Both the position numbers and the translations under genes were made by a program. The notes under the pieces were generated by a model that did no database searches, was not told the origin of the DNA, and saw nothing but the letters and a program-made list of their open reading frames with translations. A stretch of DNA of 63,998 nt, filler included, from Octopus bimaculoides (Eukaryota): the NCBI RefSeq assembly GCF_001194135.2. It is 5 parts of 5 records of this genome, joined end to end, with 100 filler letters (N's around TTAATTAATTAA, not from the genome) between each part and the next. Parts side by side here need not be neighbours in the genome. Positions count along the whole stretch, not along the records: positions 1 to 31,521 come from NC_068982.1; 4 more parts are not named here. The stretch is one strand, 5' to 3'. Of this stretch, positions 1-12,319 are shown one piece after another (positions within the stretch are counted from its first letter, which is position 1; the number at the start of each line of letters is the position of its first letter).

Positions 1-92
1 CGTCGTCGTCGTCATCATCATCATCGTCATCATCATCATCATCATCATCGTCGTCGTCGTCGTCGTCGTCGCGGTCGTCGTCGTCGTGCTCG

Positions 93-123
<31 letters not shown>

Positions 124-402
124 TCCGATAACAAGGAAGACTCGATGCTGTCTTTCGAAATGCTAGAATATCAACATTAAATTGGTTTGAGAGAATGCAT
201 TGATTTCCCGACATGCATTTGATCAGAGCTTACTTGGAGTATTATAGAAGAGCGCCACCTTCTCATAGACTTCGTCGTCATTGTCGTGGGTGTCATCGAT
301 GCCAACACGACTGTTCTGGTTGTCACTATCATCGTGGTTGTTGTCGTCGTCATCGTCGTCGTCGTCGTCGTCATCATCATCCACCTCCTCATCATCATCA
401 TG
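1..402. repeat. (CGT)n/(CAT)n trinucleotide tracts (1-121 and ~330-402)
   Basis: Seen directly; explains poly-D/T/V/H ORFs at 177-471. Confidence 0.95.
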
Positions 403-768
403 TACCACGTGCCATTAATCATGACCGATTCCGTATTTATCATGTATTTTTTTTCTTGTGAATTCAGCTAATTTTCTACCGTGGGTTCAGGAATATGATC
501 TGAGTGGAGTTATGTTTATAAGTAGCAATTGTGCGAGTGGTCACTGAGAGGGCGTCTAAGTCCAACTGTTAGAAATAGTAGCTAAATTTCCTCATTCACA
601 ACCTACCGCTTCATGTCAATACATGAAGAAATTCAGTTTCACACCTACTATATATATACATCCTGTGATTATTATTGTCCCATTCAGCAGCACAAAAACA
701 CAACCTCAACACAAATGGAGAAAAAATTATATTTTTCTCATCATCTATCAACATTGGTTTCAAATTTT

Positions 769-972
769 GGCACAAGGCCAGTAATTTTGTAGGAGAGAAT
801 AAGTCGATTAAGTCTATTACATCGACCCCAGTGCTCAACTGGTACTTATTTTATCGACTCCAAAAGGATGAACGGCAAAGTTGATCTCGGATGCATTTGA
901 ACTCAGAAGGTAAAGACGGACGAAATACGACCAAACATTTTGCCCGGCATGCTAACGATTATGTCAGCTCAC
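769..972 (-). mobile_element. SINE family A copy (tRNA-like head)
   Basis: Reverse complement of the consensus ggcggtgagctggcagaatcgttagc...gagttcaaattccgccgaggtcgactttgcctttcatcctttcggggtcgataaa...ttgtgcc seen in full at 36448-36672. Confidence 0.85.
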
Positions 973-1044
973 AGCCCTTGTCTTCTCTTATCTTTAAAAA
1001 CACGTTACCAGAGACATCAAAACTGCTATAGGTGCCGGGACCCG

Positions 1045-1105
1045 TCACTCACGGTAGTCTCATCACTCACGGTAGTCTCATCACTCATCACTCACGGTAG
1101 TCTCA
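1045..1105. repeat. 18-bp tandem repeat tcactcacggtagtctca x3 plus a 7-bp partial unit
   Basis: Units at 1045-1062, 1063-1080 and 1088-1105. Confidence 0.9.
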
Positions 1106-4100
1106 CATCCATAGCATAGCAAATAATACACATAACAGTTATTCTTCATCAAGTTCAGAAAACTATCTCATTTAAAAAAAAAACTAAACTCTCTGTAGAG
1201 CTCTAGTAAAACCCACTACGGAATATTATACCTGAATGTCGAGCGGCACGGGTGCTACACATATAGGCGTCTTGGGCAGCATTGAAAAAAGGCCAATGCT
1301 TTAGTTTACCTGAGTACCTCACTAATGCACTCCAACTACTGACACACAAACGCATTAAATCCTCATCTAACCTTTATCCTGCAACTCTAGTGGCCTCTCG
1401 TATTGCTTCCATTCTCACTCATCTCTCCTTCTCTTCTCAGCTAGGTTATTAACACTTCTAAACTGCGATTATCACTTGACCCAAAGTTTTCTCCCTTGAA
1501 CGTCAGCATACTTGAGTTCTATCATTTCCAATAGCTTTTATGTGAAAGTTGGGTGACGGAATTGCGCGGAATCTATCGTATGTATGCATACATATGTATG
1601 TGTATATGCAGATGTACATATGTGTGTACATATGTATGAGTGTCCATACGTATGCGTGTATATATGTATGTGTGCCTACCTTTTACAGATATATATCAGC
1701 AAAATATGTTAACAACGATAAAAAACTGAAACAGCGACGCTTTCCAATAAAAATCGCATTCGTGGAATAGGTCAATCCTTTGTGAGTTTTACCGACATAA
1801 ACAAAGAGAACCAATGTTTGCCATGATAGAATCATACAAGAAATGACGCTGTTGTTTACGAAATGCGACACAAATTGATGAAAATTATCCATAATCAACC
1901 GATGTAGCTGAAGGGAGATAAGTGCATCTATTTTCTTCGTCTTTATTCTCAGGATTATTCTATTCTCTTTAGATTGGATTCAGCTTTTCCTATAATAGAT
2001 GATTTAATATCATTTGAATATTGCCCTTATCACCTTCCTGGAGAATCACTGCCTCATAGTTCTTTATCGAAAACAAAGTGATGTCTACATTTGCATCATA
2101 GTATCTTTAAAGATTAATATTTTTTTTAAAGCGTTCTAAATTTTCGACCTTTGCTATATTGATATTTTCTATGTTTATCAGATCTTCTCTGGAATCTTTT
2201 GTTCCTAATGCTATTTAATACTTGCTAAACATTTACAAAACACTGATCTGATAAGTAAAAGAGCTATTTTCTTTTCATTAAGGAGCATCTCAAGCAACAT
2301 TACATCTGCTCATTTGCCTGGTTCCCTAATGTTTCAATATTGTTAGCGATGGATTTGAATGTTATTACTTCTTTGTCAATAAAACATATTAGGGTCGCGT
2401 CGATTGCATTTCCCTATTCCAATAAATATCTTCAGTTGTATTAAAATGACAAATTAAGATTATGCATCACTGCGGTTATTGGTTAACAAGAGACTATGAA
2501 AGAAATAATTGCTTAGCGTGCCTAAAAGTGTGATAGAACCAGTGACCAATGTAATCGCAAACTGAATTTATAACTGTACCTTTAGCCAGACTTATTTTTT
2601 GCAAAGTTGTTTCCTTTATATTAGAAAAAAAAGAAGTTTATTATAATAAAGAAGTCAAATCATCGAAAACGTTACACTGGAAAGAGGGGAAAATATTCTT
2701 TTAAATCTATTGTCTATCTCCTCCCAGTGTCTTTATTTCAATTATTACCGATCTTCTAATAGTGCCTAAGGAATTACACTCTGCGGAAGAAACTATTCTT
2801 CTTAGCGATGCATTATTCTTGGTAAATATTGTTGTCATCAAACGGAATTTAAACGGAATTGTCCTTCTTTTATGGCTTTACACACTTTGAAACAATTTCC
2901 ACAAGACATATTTTACTACTCCCGCACGCCTGTAGGAATACATACATAAGCACGCACACATGCACGTGACATGTATGGAAACGGACAGAAACGTTTACAC
3001 GCGAATACACAAAGCTCAAAGCATTTACGCATTCTGTACGCGCACCACTTATAAGTGTTCGGAGAGATACAAACCTGATCTGGTTATCTAAATGTTTCCT
3101 TGATACCAGCAAACAAACAGGAGCATATAGGAATACACACCGACATCCACATGCTTGCATACAAGCATGCAGATAAACCTGCACATGCATAGAATATCAG
3201 AAACCAATTGATATTGTCAAGCCTAAACAATGACATACAAGCAGATAAGAACACATCTCCTAACAAGAACACGGGTACACATTTACACAGAGACACATGT
3301 ATGCCTATATACAGACACTCACACATATACACAACAGCAGAATCCATTCAATCATTGAGAATGCTGCTGGCTCATGAGAAGCCTTGAACTATTACTGCAT
3401 CGCGAAAATACTTAGGAAATCTCTCGTTGCAACGATTTCTCACTTAGTGAAATCCCATTTTATTACAAACTTCATAGATGTGAATTGTGCTTACACCGGT
3501 TGCTGTTTTATAGGAATGTTCGCAGTATACTTTATTTCTAAAAGTGTTAGTACACTCTGATTCTGGTGTCTTTAGACATGTATATACATAGGTATATGTA
3601 CACGTATATACATAAGTGTGTGTGTGGGGGGGGGGGCGGCTATAGCTAGCTTTTCACGTGTAGTTCTGTATATTTTGTCTTATCTATGTGTAAACTGTCA
3701 TAAGTTTGCATGTCTAGATAGGTGCACGTATATGCTTCACTTCTGGATTAGTTTCCATATTTTAAAAGGCTCTGTAATAGTTTGCACTTGTAATTCTCTA
3801 TTTACGCGTCTTAGCTTTGTAACACACTACATTTTAAGATTTGGATGTAAGGCAGTTAGTATCTCAATAATTATATTTATAAATCTGATGTTATATTCTG
3901 GCTAAACTAATTAGATTTCTCATTAGTCTGCTATAGATGTTTTATCTTACATTTACCCTGGATACCATGTTAACACCTACTGGACGACTGATTTTCACAT
4001 CTCTGATCACTATGTATAGTATTCTTTGCCTGTATTTAACAAATGTTTTGAGGCATTCCATAACTATTCCTTCATAATATGAGTATATATTCCCCACACG

Positions 4101-5578
4101 TAACTATATATTATTATATTTGATAACCCCAGGATTATTCTTTACATAAATTATGTTATACAATGCTCTGGCCATGATATAAAATATGGTGGTGACATTT
4201 TCTTATAGTTACGCATGATGTGAATAACATCTGTATCGCCTCAGTATCGCCGCTAAGTGTTATATCTGTATCCATATCGTATTTGCACATCAGGTCTTCT
4301 GTTGCTATCTTTTATTCCTTTTTTGAAAAAGCATAATCTTCAAAGTGAGAGCTAACACCTCGAATGTTAGTCTAAGGTGAATTACTGTGTTTATCATTAT
4401 TGCTGTCATTTTGAAGAATCCTGAAGAATAATGTCATACAAGATTTGTTTAGATGCATATAACTTTTCTTATGATAACCTGTTGAAGTGAATATGTGAAA
4501 CTTCTATGGGTGTATGAGCTGGTCATCAGGCAACGAATACCTTCCGAAATGCTTCTCTAAAACTCTCGCAATGTCATCTGCCTCATGAACACCGACTTGA
4601 ACTATGAATACACTTAAACACTTGGCGACTAGTAGATGTTCTCGAAATGATATGCTACATTCAAAAGCTGTTTCCATAAAATATTGTTTACCTTACTCGA
4701 TGTCATCATTAGAATCTTCCCCGGATATGTTGATGTTGTCGTGTCGAAACATATTTTGCAGTAAATTCTTGCTCAGGAAATTTGAGGTTTAGACTATTAT
4801 TGCTACGATCTGGAACAAAATTATAGTTCAATGAATATAATTGGAAGGGTTACCCGTTATTAAACAAAACTGATAGTCTTGGCATTAACGTAAAAGAAGA
4901 TATATTCTATGAGTAGATTCCCACACCAAATAGACAACCATTCACGCCGAGTTTATATGTATGAATATGCATGTATGTACGTATATACACATATCTGCGT
5001 TTGTGTGTATGTATAATTGGCTGTGGATATTTATGTTCCCCTTCTCTATTTTTAAAATTTCATTTCTTCCAGTAAAGAAGTGGTTGCTTTCAGACAAAAA
5101 CACAAAGCAATATCGCTAGAATTTTGTAGTGACAACTGCAGATAATTATCGCCTTTTTTTTTCATTTTATTAAATGATGAATTTGCATAGTACAAGATTT
5201 GAGGCCATTTTCCGACCTAAAAATCTCAAACTGCTTAGATTACAATTCCAGCATTCAGTTTGCTAAGTGTTATGAGTAAGCATATAACTTCTTAATCTTG
5301 AGAGAGATAGTTTGCGAAGAATTTACCTATAAATATTATTCTAGCTAATATTGATTGAAATGTTGACATCTGAAGGAACCCTAAACACCACAGGAGTGCA
5401 CGTGCTTTCTTTTCTGCCCAAAGCAATATCAGGTCTCTCAGTTAGCATTTAACTTATTTTGATGGCTATGTTTCACGTATATTTCTTTGTTTGATGGAAA
5501 AGTATGCATGTTCTCAGCATCAGATTTTAACACATCCCAACCTGCATATATGTGTATATGCATATAAGTGTATATCTT

Positions 5579-5622
<44 letters not shown>

Positions 5623-5835
5623 NNNNNNNNNNNNNNNNNNNNNNNNNNNNNNNNNNNNNNNNNNNNNNNNNNNNNNNNNNNNNNNNNNNNNNNNNNNNNN
5701 NNNNNNNNNNNNNNNNNNNNNNNNNNNNNNNNNNNNNNNNNNNNNNNNNNNNNNNNNNNNNNNNNNNNNNNNNNNNNNNNNNNNNNNNNNNNNNNNNNNN
5801 NNNNNNNNNNNNNNNNNNNNNNNNNNNNNNNNNNN

Positions 5836-5885
<50 letters not shown>

Positions 5886-5924
5886 CATACTCATATTGAA
5901 ATATATATATATAAATAATATAAT

Positions 5925-6265
5925 ATATTCTTTTATTGTTCTGTTGTTTCAGTTATTTGACAGCGCCCATGCTGAGGCACCGCCTTTAGTCGAACAAATC
6001 GACCCTAGGATTTATTGTTTATAAGCCTAGTACTTATTCTATCGGTATTTTTGCCGAACTGCTATGTTACGGGGCATAAACTTACCAGCATCGGTTGTCA
6101 GTTGATGGCGGGGGGACAAATACAAACACACACATACGTATCAACACATACATATATATACATATATAGATATAAGACGGGATTCTTTGAGTTTCCATCT
6201 ACCAAATCCACTCACAAAGCTTTGGTCGAACTTCTTGAACTTTACAACGGACATTATTCCGGATT
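5925..6265 (-). mobile_element. SINE family B, 3' two-thirds, with internal (CA/TA) microsatellite and LINE-like tail
   Basis: 6170-6265 matches the family-B body at 63812-63978. On the minus strand 5925-5990 ends ggcggtgcctcagcatgggcgctgtcaaataactgaaac, resembling the LINE tail at ~45617-45662. Confidence 0.8.
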
Positions 6266-6521
6266 TCTTTTATTTAGTCGCCGCCCTATATATACATTCA
6301 TATTTTCATGTATTTTTCTTCATACGCTTTCATACGCATCGTTTTTTAACAGGTCTTCACACGTTTTTATACATATATACATGTATATTTTTATACATTC
6401 GAGTTTTGTGTGCTAAATACCCTGGTATTTTTATGTATATTTATTTATGTTCTATGGTGTGAATATATGGGGATGATAAAAGTTATTTGCCCAATTCTGA
6501 TGTTTATTTGTTAACCACTGA

Positions 6522-6570
<49 letters not shown>

Positions 6571-7667
6571 GTGTGTGTGTATGTGTGTGTGTGTGTGTGT
6601 GTGCACATGAGCATTTATTATCTCTTCAGCAATATAACACCTTATCAAAAGCAGGAGATAATATCCAATTATTTTGGGGCCACTGCTTGTCACACGCATA
6701 TTATATCTCAAAATTTTGGGTTACGTGCTTGTGGACTTAATCACTTCGTTGTAAATTTTGTCGAACAACTATATTCTACGTCAGTCTCCTAGATTGCAGG
6801 AAATTATCTACGCACGTATGCACTTTGAATGCATGTATATATGTATGGGTGGATGGATCAGCGCTTGTGTGAAATTAAACTATAAATTAAGTCTATTGAA
6901 TTTGTGAAGCATTTTTCTTCGTGCACATCATATGCAATGCTTTTGGACTGTATTCAATAATTTGTGGTGCGACTGATTGCGGTTCGTTGTCCTGCTCACT
7001 ATAAGTAACTTTTCGTTCACATTATCTGATATTGCCCATCTTGTTGCCTTCCAGACACATTAACCTGTTCATCACAGTTGCTTTCATTTATTTCCCAGAC
7101 AATCATGCTTACTTGTTGATCTCTTTTTTGTTGACGACTAAGCCCTAAATGTGATCTCGAGTTACATTAGTTTTTAAACTTCGTTTTCACATCGCTAATC
7201 AATTTCAGCTTGTATTCCATGGAAGGAAATAAGATTCTGTGATTCTCTCTGCTATTGAGAATCTGAGCCATTTTGATAAGATTCTGTGCAAGCCTACCTC
7301 TAATTAACGGAATGTTTTGCTGGTCATAAACCAGCAACGTTTAGGAGAACCACAGACCACGTGTTTGATCGCTTGACCGATCAAAGATATTCTGGATTTG
7401 TAAGGCAAATATGTTTTTGGTAAAAATCATGAAAATTACAGACAATAAAGCAAACGAAAGAGAAATCAACAAGACTAAATGTCGATGTTTCTCTAAAAAA
7501 GAAAAAAAAAAAGACCAGCTCTAAAATGTTTCGATATTTTAATAAACATCTTCACGTAATATCAGATGGCCAGTGTGCACATTTCCTATTAAAAAAAAAC
7601 TTCTGTTAACGACAAAAAAGGAACATAATTGCAAGAAATATGTATGTGTGTGTGTGTGTGTGTGTGT

Positions 7668-8575
7668 AGCTGAAATTTACAGAATAACAAAAGACGAAGA
7701 CAGGTGTATGAAAAACTAGCGGGTGTATTAGTTTGACGCTCGGGAAAGTGAGAAAGTCTTTTACGTTTCGAACCTACGCTCTTCAATAGAAAGGCGCCCT
7801 AAATCGGTGAAGCAGTCTCTTCATTAGATGCAGGTGGAGTGTTTTGGAATTGTGCATGTAGCCTCACGCGGCGGACAAAGGTATTAATATCACCAAGCCT
7901 CTAAAATTCGTTACTGGATGGAATGAGGGGAATGAAGCGCAGATCCTTACTGAGAAGAGAGCGTTCCGTCTCAGAGAGGGAAAGATCAAGAGGAATGGTA
8001 ACAATAAACTAAAGTGGGGTGGATGAGTNNNNNNNNNNNNNNNNNNNNNNNNNNNNNNNNNNNNNNNNNNNNNNNNNNNNNNNNNNNNNNNNNNNNNNNN
8101 NNNNNNNNNNNNNNNNNNNNNNNNNNNNNNNNNNNNNNNNNNNNNNNNNNNNNNNNNNNNNNNNNNNNNNNNNNNNNNNNNNNNNNNNNNNNNNNNNNNN
8201 NAGTTCGTGGGGGGGAGTTGGAGTAACGGAAGGGTTGGGCTGAGGATGAGGGGGAGTGTATCGGGGAGGGAGGGTTGGGGCTGTAGTGGCATCGGGTAGA
8301 ACAGAATGAAAGAGTGAGTGGAGTTGTTTAGTGTTGTTTAGTGCGAGCGAGGAACTCGAAGAAAATATCATTTAAATGAATTATGAAGCGTAGTGTAGAA
8401 TGTGCAAAGGAAGGTAAAAGAGAGGAGAAAAAGGTGGAATAAGCGAGAGGGAGAAGGCGGTCGAGGGTGTGTATCTTGGAGAGATTAGAACGAATGATGC
8501 CACGCATAAAGCGGCAGGATGTAGTACAGAGTATGGGTAGTATTTCAGAAGGAGAGTGGAACATACACATTAAAA
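7668..8575 (-). mobile_element. Penelope-like element (PLE) remnant: ORF N-terminus, internally deleted, joined to a terminal repeat
   Basis: Minus-strand translation FIVTIPLDLSLSETERSLLSKDLRFIP..NEF*..DINTFVRRVRLHAQF resembles the pre-RT region of PLE ORFs (recalled pattern LS..E.S.LSKGL.F.P...F.RR.RL). It is followed directly by a hammerhead-like motif (7755-7795) and ends in (CA)n. Contains an N gap. Confidence 0.65.
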
Positions 8576-9569
8576 CTAAAATAAAAAAAGGATTGTTGTC
8601 AGCAAAAGAATTGATCTGAATACGAACTTTTGGAGAAATCAACCATTTATTGATAATGTTTTTGTATTTGATCTTGTAATTATTATTCATACGTTTGTTG
8701 CTGTTATGGCTGTTGCAGTTATTGCTCTCGGCAACGCCGCAGCGTTCGATGATTGGTGGTGGTTCAAGCTATCATTCATTTGATGTATTATATTTTTGGA
8801 AAAATTCTTCTTTCTCCTAAGATGCCAAAAGCATGACCCACTGAAGTAGCTCTTACGTATTTGAAAATCCTGCAAAAATTGCAGTTAAGTCGGTTTCACA
8901 TCACATTCTTATTATTAAAACATGAAGAGCGCAACGATAATGAAGCTTATGTGTACACTGTCTACAAACATAAAGGGATTGATACAGCACGGCAATCTTC
9001 GAACACTAGTCTATAGCTGACTTTATATTCAATCAAGAAAGACAAAACTGATTTTTCTGTCGGTAAAGGGATGTGATGCAAAGTTCCATTATCAGGCAAA
9101 TAATTTTCACATAACCTTGCAACACTTATTACACCACAGGCAATTAAGGCAGTGTATTATAAAGGGACCTGCACCGAACCACGATGAAACAATGGAAAGG
9201 ATTTTGAACTAAAGAACGATGATAAAATGTGAACCTACATGCCAAATATTCGTACCGCCCCCACTTCCACCAAAATAAACAACTTTGTCAAAACATTCCG
9301 AGATCAGCATAAATATAGAACCATGATCATTGTCAATACAAATCGAAGTTACAAACACCTCGATGCGCCAACATCATCATCAGCACCGTTCTGATACTAA
9401 CAATTTATCTGCTATTTTCATCTTTATCATTCCGATTCTGATGCCGTCATTCCAACTTGCTGTCCGCTGGATAACCCCTTCATGTTCACGTGACATGTTA
9501 AAAAAATCATTAAAATCATTCCGTACCGTTTTAGAATGAATAATTCTTAGTATGGGTGGAATCTAGCCA

Positions 9570-9708
9570 ATTACATCGACAGATAATTTATTGACTCCCA
9601 AAAGATGAAAAGCAACGTTGACCTCAGCGGAATTTGAACTAAGAACGTAATGTCAAAACAACTACCGCTAATCATTTTGTTCGGCTTGCAAACGATTGTG
9701 CCACGCCG
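9570..9708 (-). mobile_element. SINE family A, degenerate partial copy
   Basis: gatgaaaagcaacgttgacctcagcggaatttgaactaagaacgta matches the family-A reverse complement. Confidence 0.75.
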
Positions 9709-9920
9709 TAGACTTAAAGGACACAATGAATAATGAAGGGATGTTTCTACTGGAATGCCTTTCATAATACTTGAGCGTGAATAAGTTTGGTGTAGAACTG
9801 ATGAATAACAATATCGTCTGTACTTCCGTTTGTTTTCATGTGTGAGACACATTTTGGACGTTGTAGAATTCTAATGCACATTTACAGTTTTGCTGTGGTG
9901 CCATAATATGCACATACAAA

Positions 9921-10159
9921 ATACAGATGTAAGTGTAGAGACAAGCAAGTTAGACAGATCAGTATATAAAGTATAGTAAATACATGGAATACAAAAAGTA
10001 TTTACATGTTTACATACGAAAAGGTCCGACCTACACTTTGTATTCTGTGTAAGTCGGACCTTTTTGTATATAAACATACATTCTTTTATATTTCATGTAG
10101 TTAATATACTTTCTATATTGATCTGATTAACTTGCTTATCCCTACATTCGCGTCTATAC
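9921..10159. repeat. ~240-bp imperfect palindrome (fold-back/MITE-like)
   Basis: Arms ~9933-10036 and 10047-10147 align as reverse complements around the 10-nt spacer tttgtattct; the inner 31 bp have 3 mismatches. Confidence 0.85.
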
Positions 10160-10874
10160 CCGCTCAAGTTTAAATCTCTTGTGTATCACTAAGTGTATTC
10201 TATACGGAGAACATTTGGATCTCATCTATGAACTATATACAAAATACAGATATGTATGTGTGTGTGCTTTTGAATGTGCAACAGTCCCATAAATATGATA
10301 TATTGTTACTTCAAACTTTCATGCCGCAGAATATATATGAAGAAAAAGAAAACTTCCAAACCACATTTTGATTCTGGAGAAACTTCTGTGAGGTATTGCC
10401 CTCAGGATATAAAGTATTAAATCATGAAAATAACACAAGAAAAAAAATAAACTACTAAATTCAAACCAAATAAAAATGGAATTTTTGTAACTATATAAGG
10501 AAGTTAACAAGGGAATAATAAGTTCGAGAAATTCAGTTAATGGGTAAAACAGAATGGGATAAGTACAGAATAAATAAAATCTATTGATATGTAGAAAGAT
10601 GATACTCGTTAACCGTTGGTCCGTTTAATCATGAGGTGCTATCATTTTACTGTATTCCACAAGGTGTTTTGCAAAATGTTGGCATTTATTTATGACTGCA
10701 TGTTTATATATATATATGTATATATGAACAATTGCAGCGTGGAAGGTGTGTGAAATCTTTGGTACAGTTAGGTAAATTTGAAAAAGGTAAAGAATGACTT
10801 CAGTGGTAGTTCTAATCAATTAAATTTTTTAATATTATAATTTTACACTTTGATAAAATTATGAAATTATGTTA

Positions 10875-11000
10875 TATTCCCGTTTCCGTCTATCAAACCC
10901 ACTCACAAGGATTTGGTCAACTCAGACCTGTTGTAGATGACACTTGCCCATATTCATACTCAATTGCACTAAACCCGAAACTGTGTGGTTGCGACTATAT
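10875..11000 (-). mobile_element. SINE family B partial copy
   Basis: ccgtctatcaaacccactcacaagg...gacacttgccca matches the family-B reverse complement. Confidence 0.75.
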
Positions 11001-11001
11001 G

Positions 11002-11059
<58 letters not shown>

Positions 11060-11060
<1 letters not shown>

Positions 11061-11215
11061 CGCGTGGTAAGAAATTTGCTTCCTAAACACATTGTTCCAG
11101 GATCGGAGTTAGTGTGTGCCACCTTGGGCTTGTGTCTTCTATCAAAAATGTGCTAACAAGTCCAACGTCTTCTCTGTAGTTTGGTAGATGGAAACTGAAA
11201 GAAACCCGTCGTAGG
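11060..11215 (+). mobile_element. SINE family B degenerate copy
   Basis: gtggtaagaaatttgcttcc...ccaccttgggc..gtgtcttcta...ggtagatggaaactgaaagaaacccgtcg. Confidence 0.75.
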
Positions 11216-11429
11216 TATGTGCGTGTGTGTGTATGGACTGCGGCCAAAGACTAAAACAAGCAGATAAAGATACATACATACATACATAAACACACACGCA
11301 CACACGCACACACACATACGCACACGCACATATATAATATAAATCGAACAGCAGATCATATGTCCGAAAAAGAAACAGACTCTAAAGATTAGAGTTGTAA
11401 TACTTAGAAGGTTGTCTGCTATGGCCGGT

Positions 11430-11493
11430 CAGAGTGACCATTGGTTTCGCATTTATAAATTCCTTAGCCGTGAAGGCAACTCATCAGACTGAA
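11430..11493 (-). ncRNA. Putative type I hammerhead ribozyme motif (short helix III)
   Basis: Minus strand reads TTCAGT-CTGATGA-G...C-GAAA-CCAATGGTC^ACTCTGA: canonical core, G10.1-C11.1, helix III ACC/GGT, GUC cleavage triplet. Helix I has 3 bp plus 2 bp after a bulge; helix II is irregular. Confidence 0.5.
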
Positions 11494-11507
11494 ATATTCG
11501 CGGGCAC

Positions 11508-11609
<102 letters not shown>

Positions 11610-12006
11610 GTGCGTGTGTGTGTGTGTANNNNNNNNNNNNNNNNNNNNNNNNNNNNNNNNNNNNNNNNNNNNNNNNNNNNNNNNNNNNNNNNNNNNNNNN
11701 NNNNNNNNNNNNNNNNNNNNNNNNNNNNNNNNNNNNNNNNNNNNNNNNNNNNNNNNNNNNNNNNNNNNNNNNNNNNNNNNNNNNNNNNNNNNNNNNNNNN
11801 NNNNNNNNNNNNNNNNNNNNNNNNNNNNNNNNNNNNNNNNNNNNNNNNNNNNNNNNNNNNNNNNNNNNNNNNNNNNNNNNNNNNNNNNNNNNNNNNNNNN
11901 NNNNNNNNNNNNNNNNNNNNNNNNNNNNNNNNNNNNNNNNNNNNATACTTCAAATTTACAGACAGTATAAGACGAAAGCAGGTGAAGGAACACCAAGCAG
12001 GTGTAT

Positions 12007-12047
<41 letters not shown>

Positions 12048-12319
12048 TATCATTACGCACTTCATACATTTCCTCGTCCACGTTTTTCCTACTTACCACA
12101 AATGAACCCGAAACTGTACAATTTCACTTTTGACATGGGAAACAAAACTTGTCTGTTCGTTTAGGGCCAGTTGCAATGGACATAGACATCGCATGTCATG
12201 GGCAAATCAAATTATGAAAACTGGTGTCTTTGATCAGGGGAGCTAAGTCTATCACCAAATCAACTGCCCACCTTAATATCCATCATCACCATCTTTGCTG
12301 CAAGTATTACAACCAATAA

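Noticed and set aside
8263-8280. G-quadruplex consensus GGGGAGGGAGGGTTGGGG
   Set aside because: Lies inside the PLE remnant's C-rich spacer; nothing indicates function.
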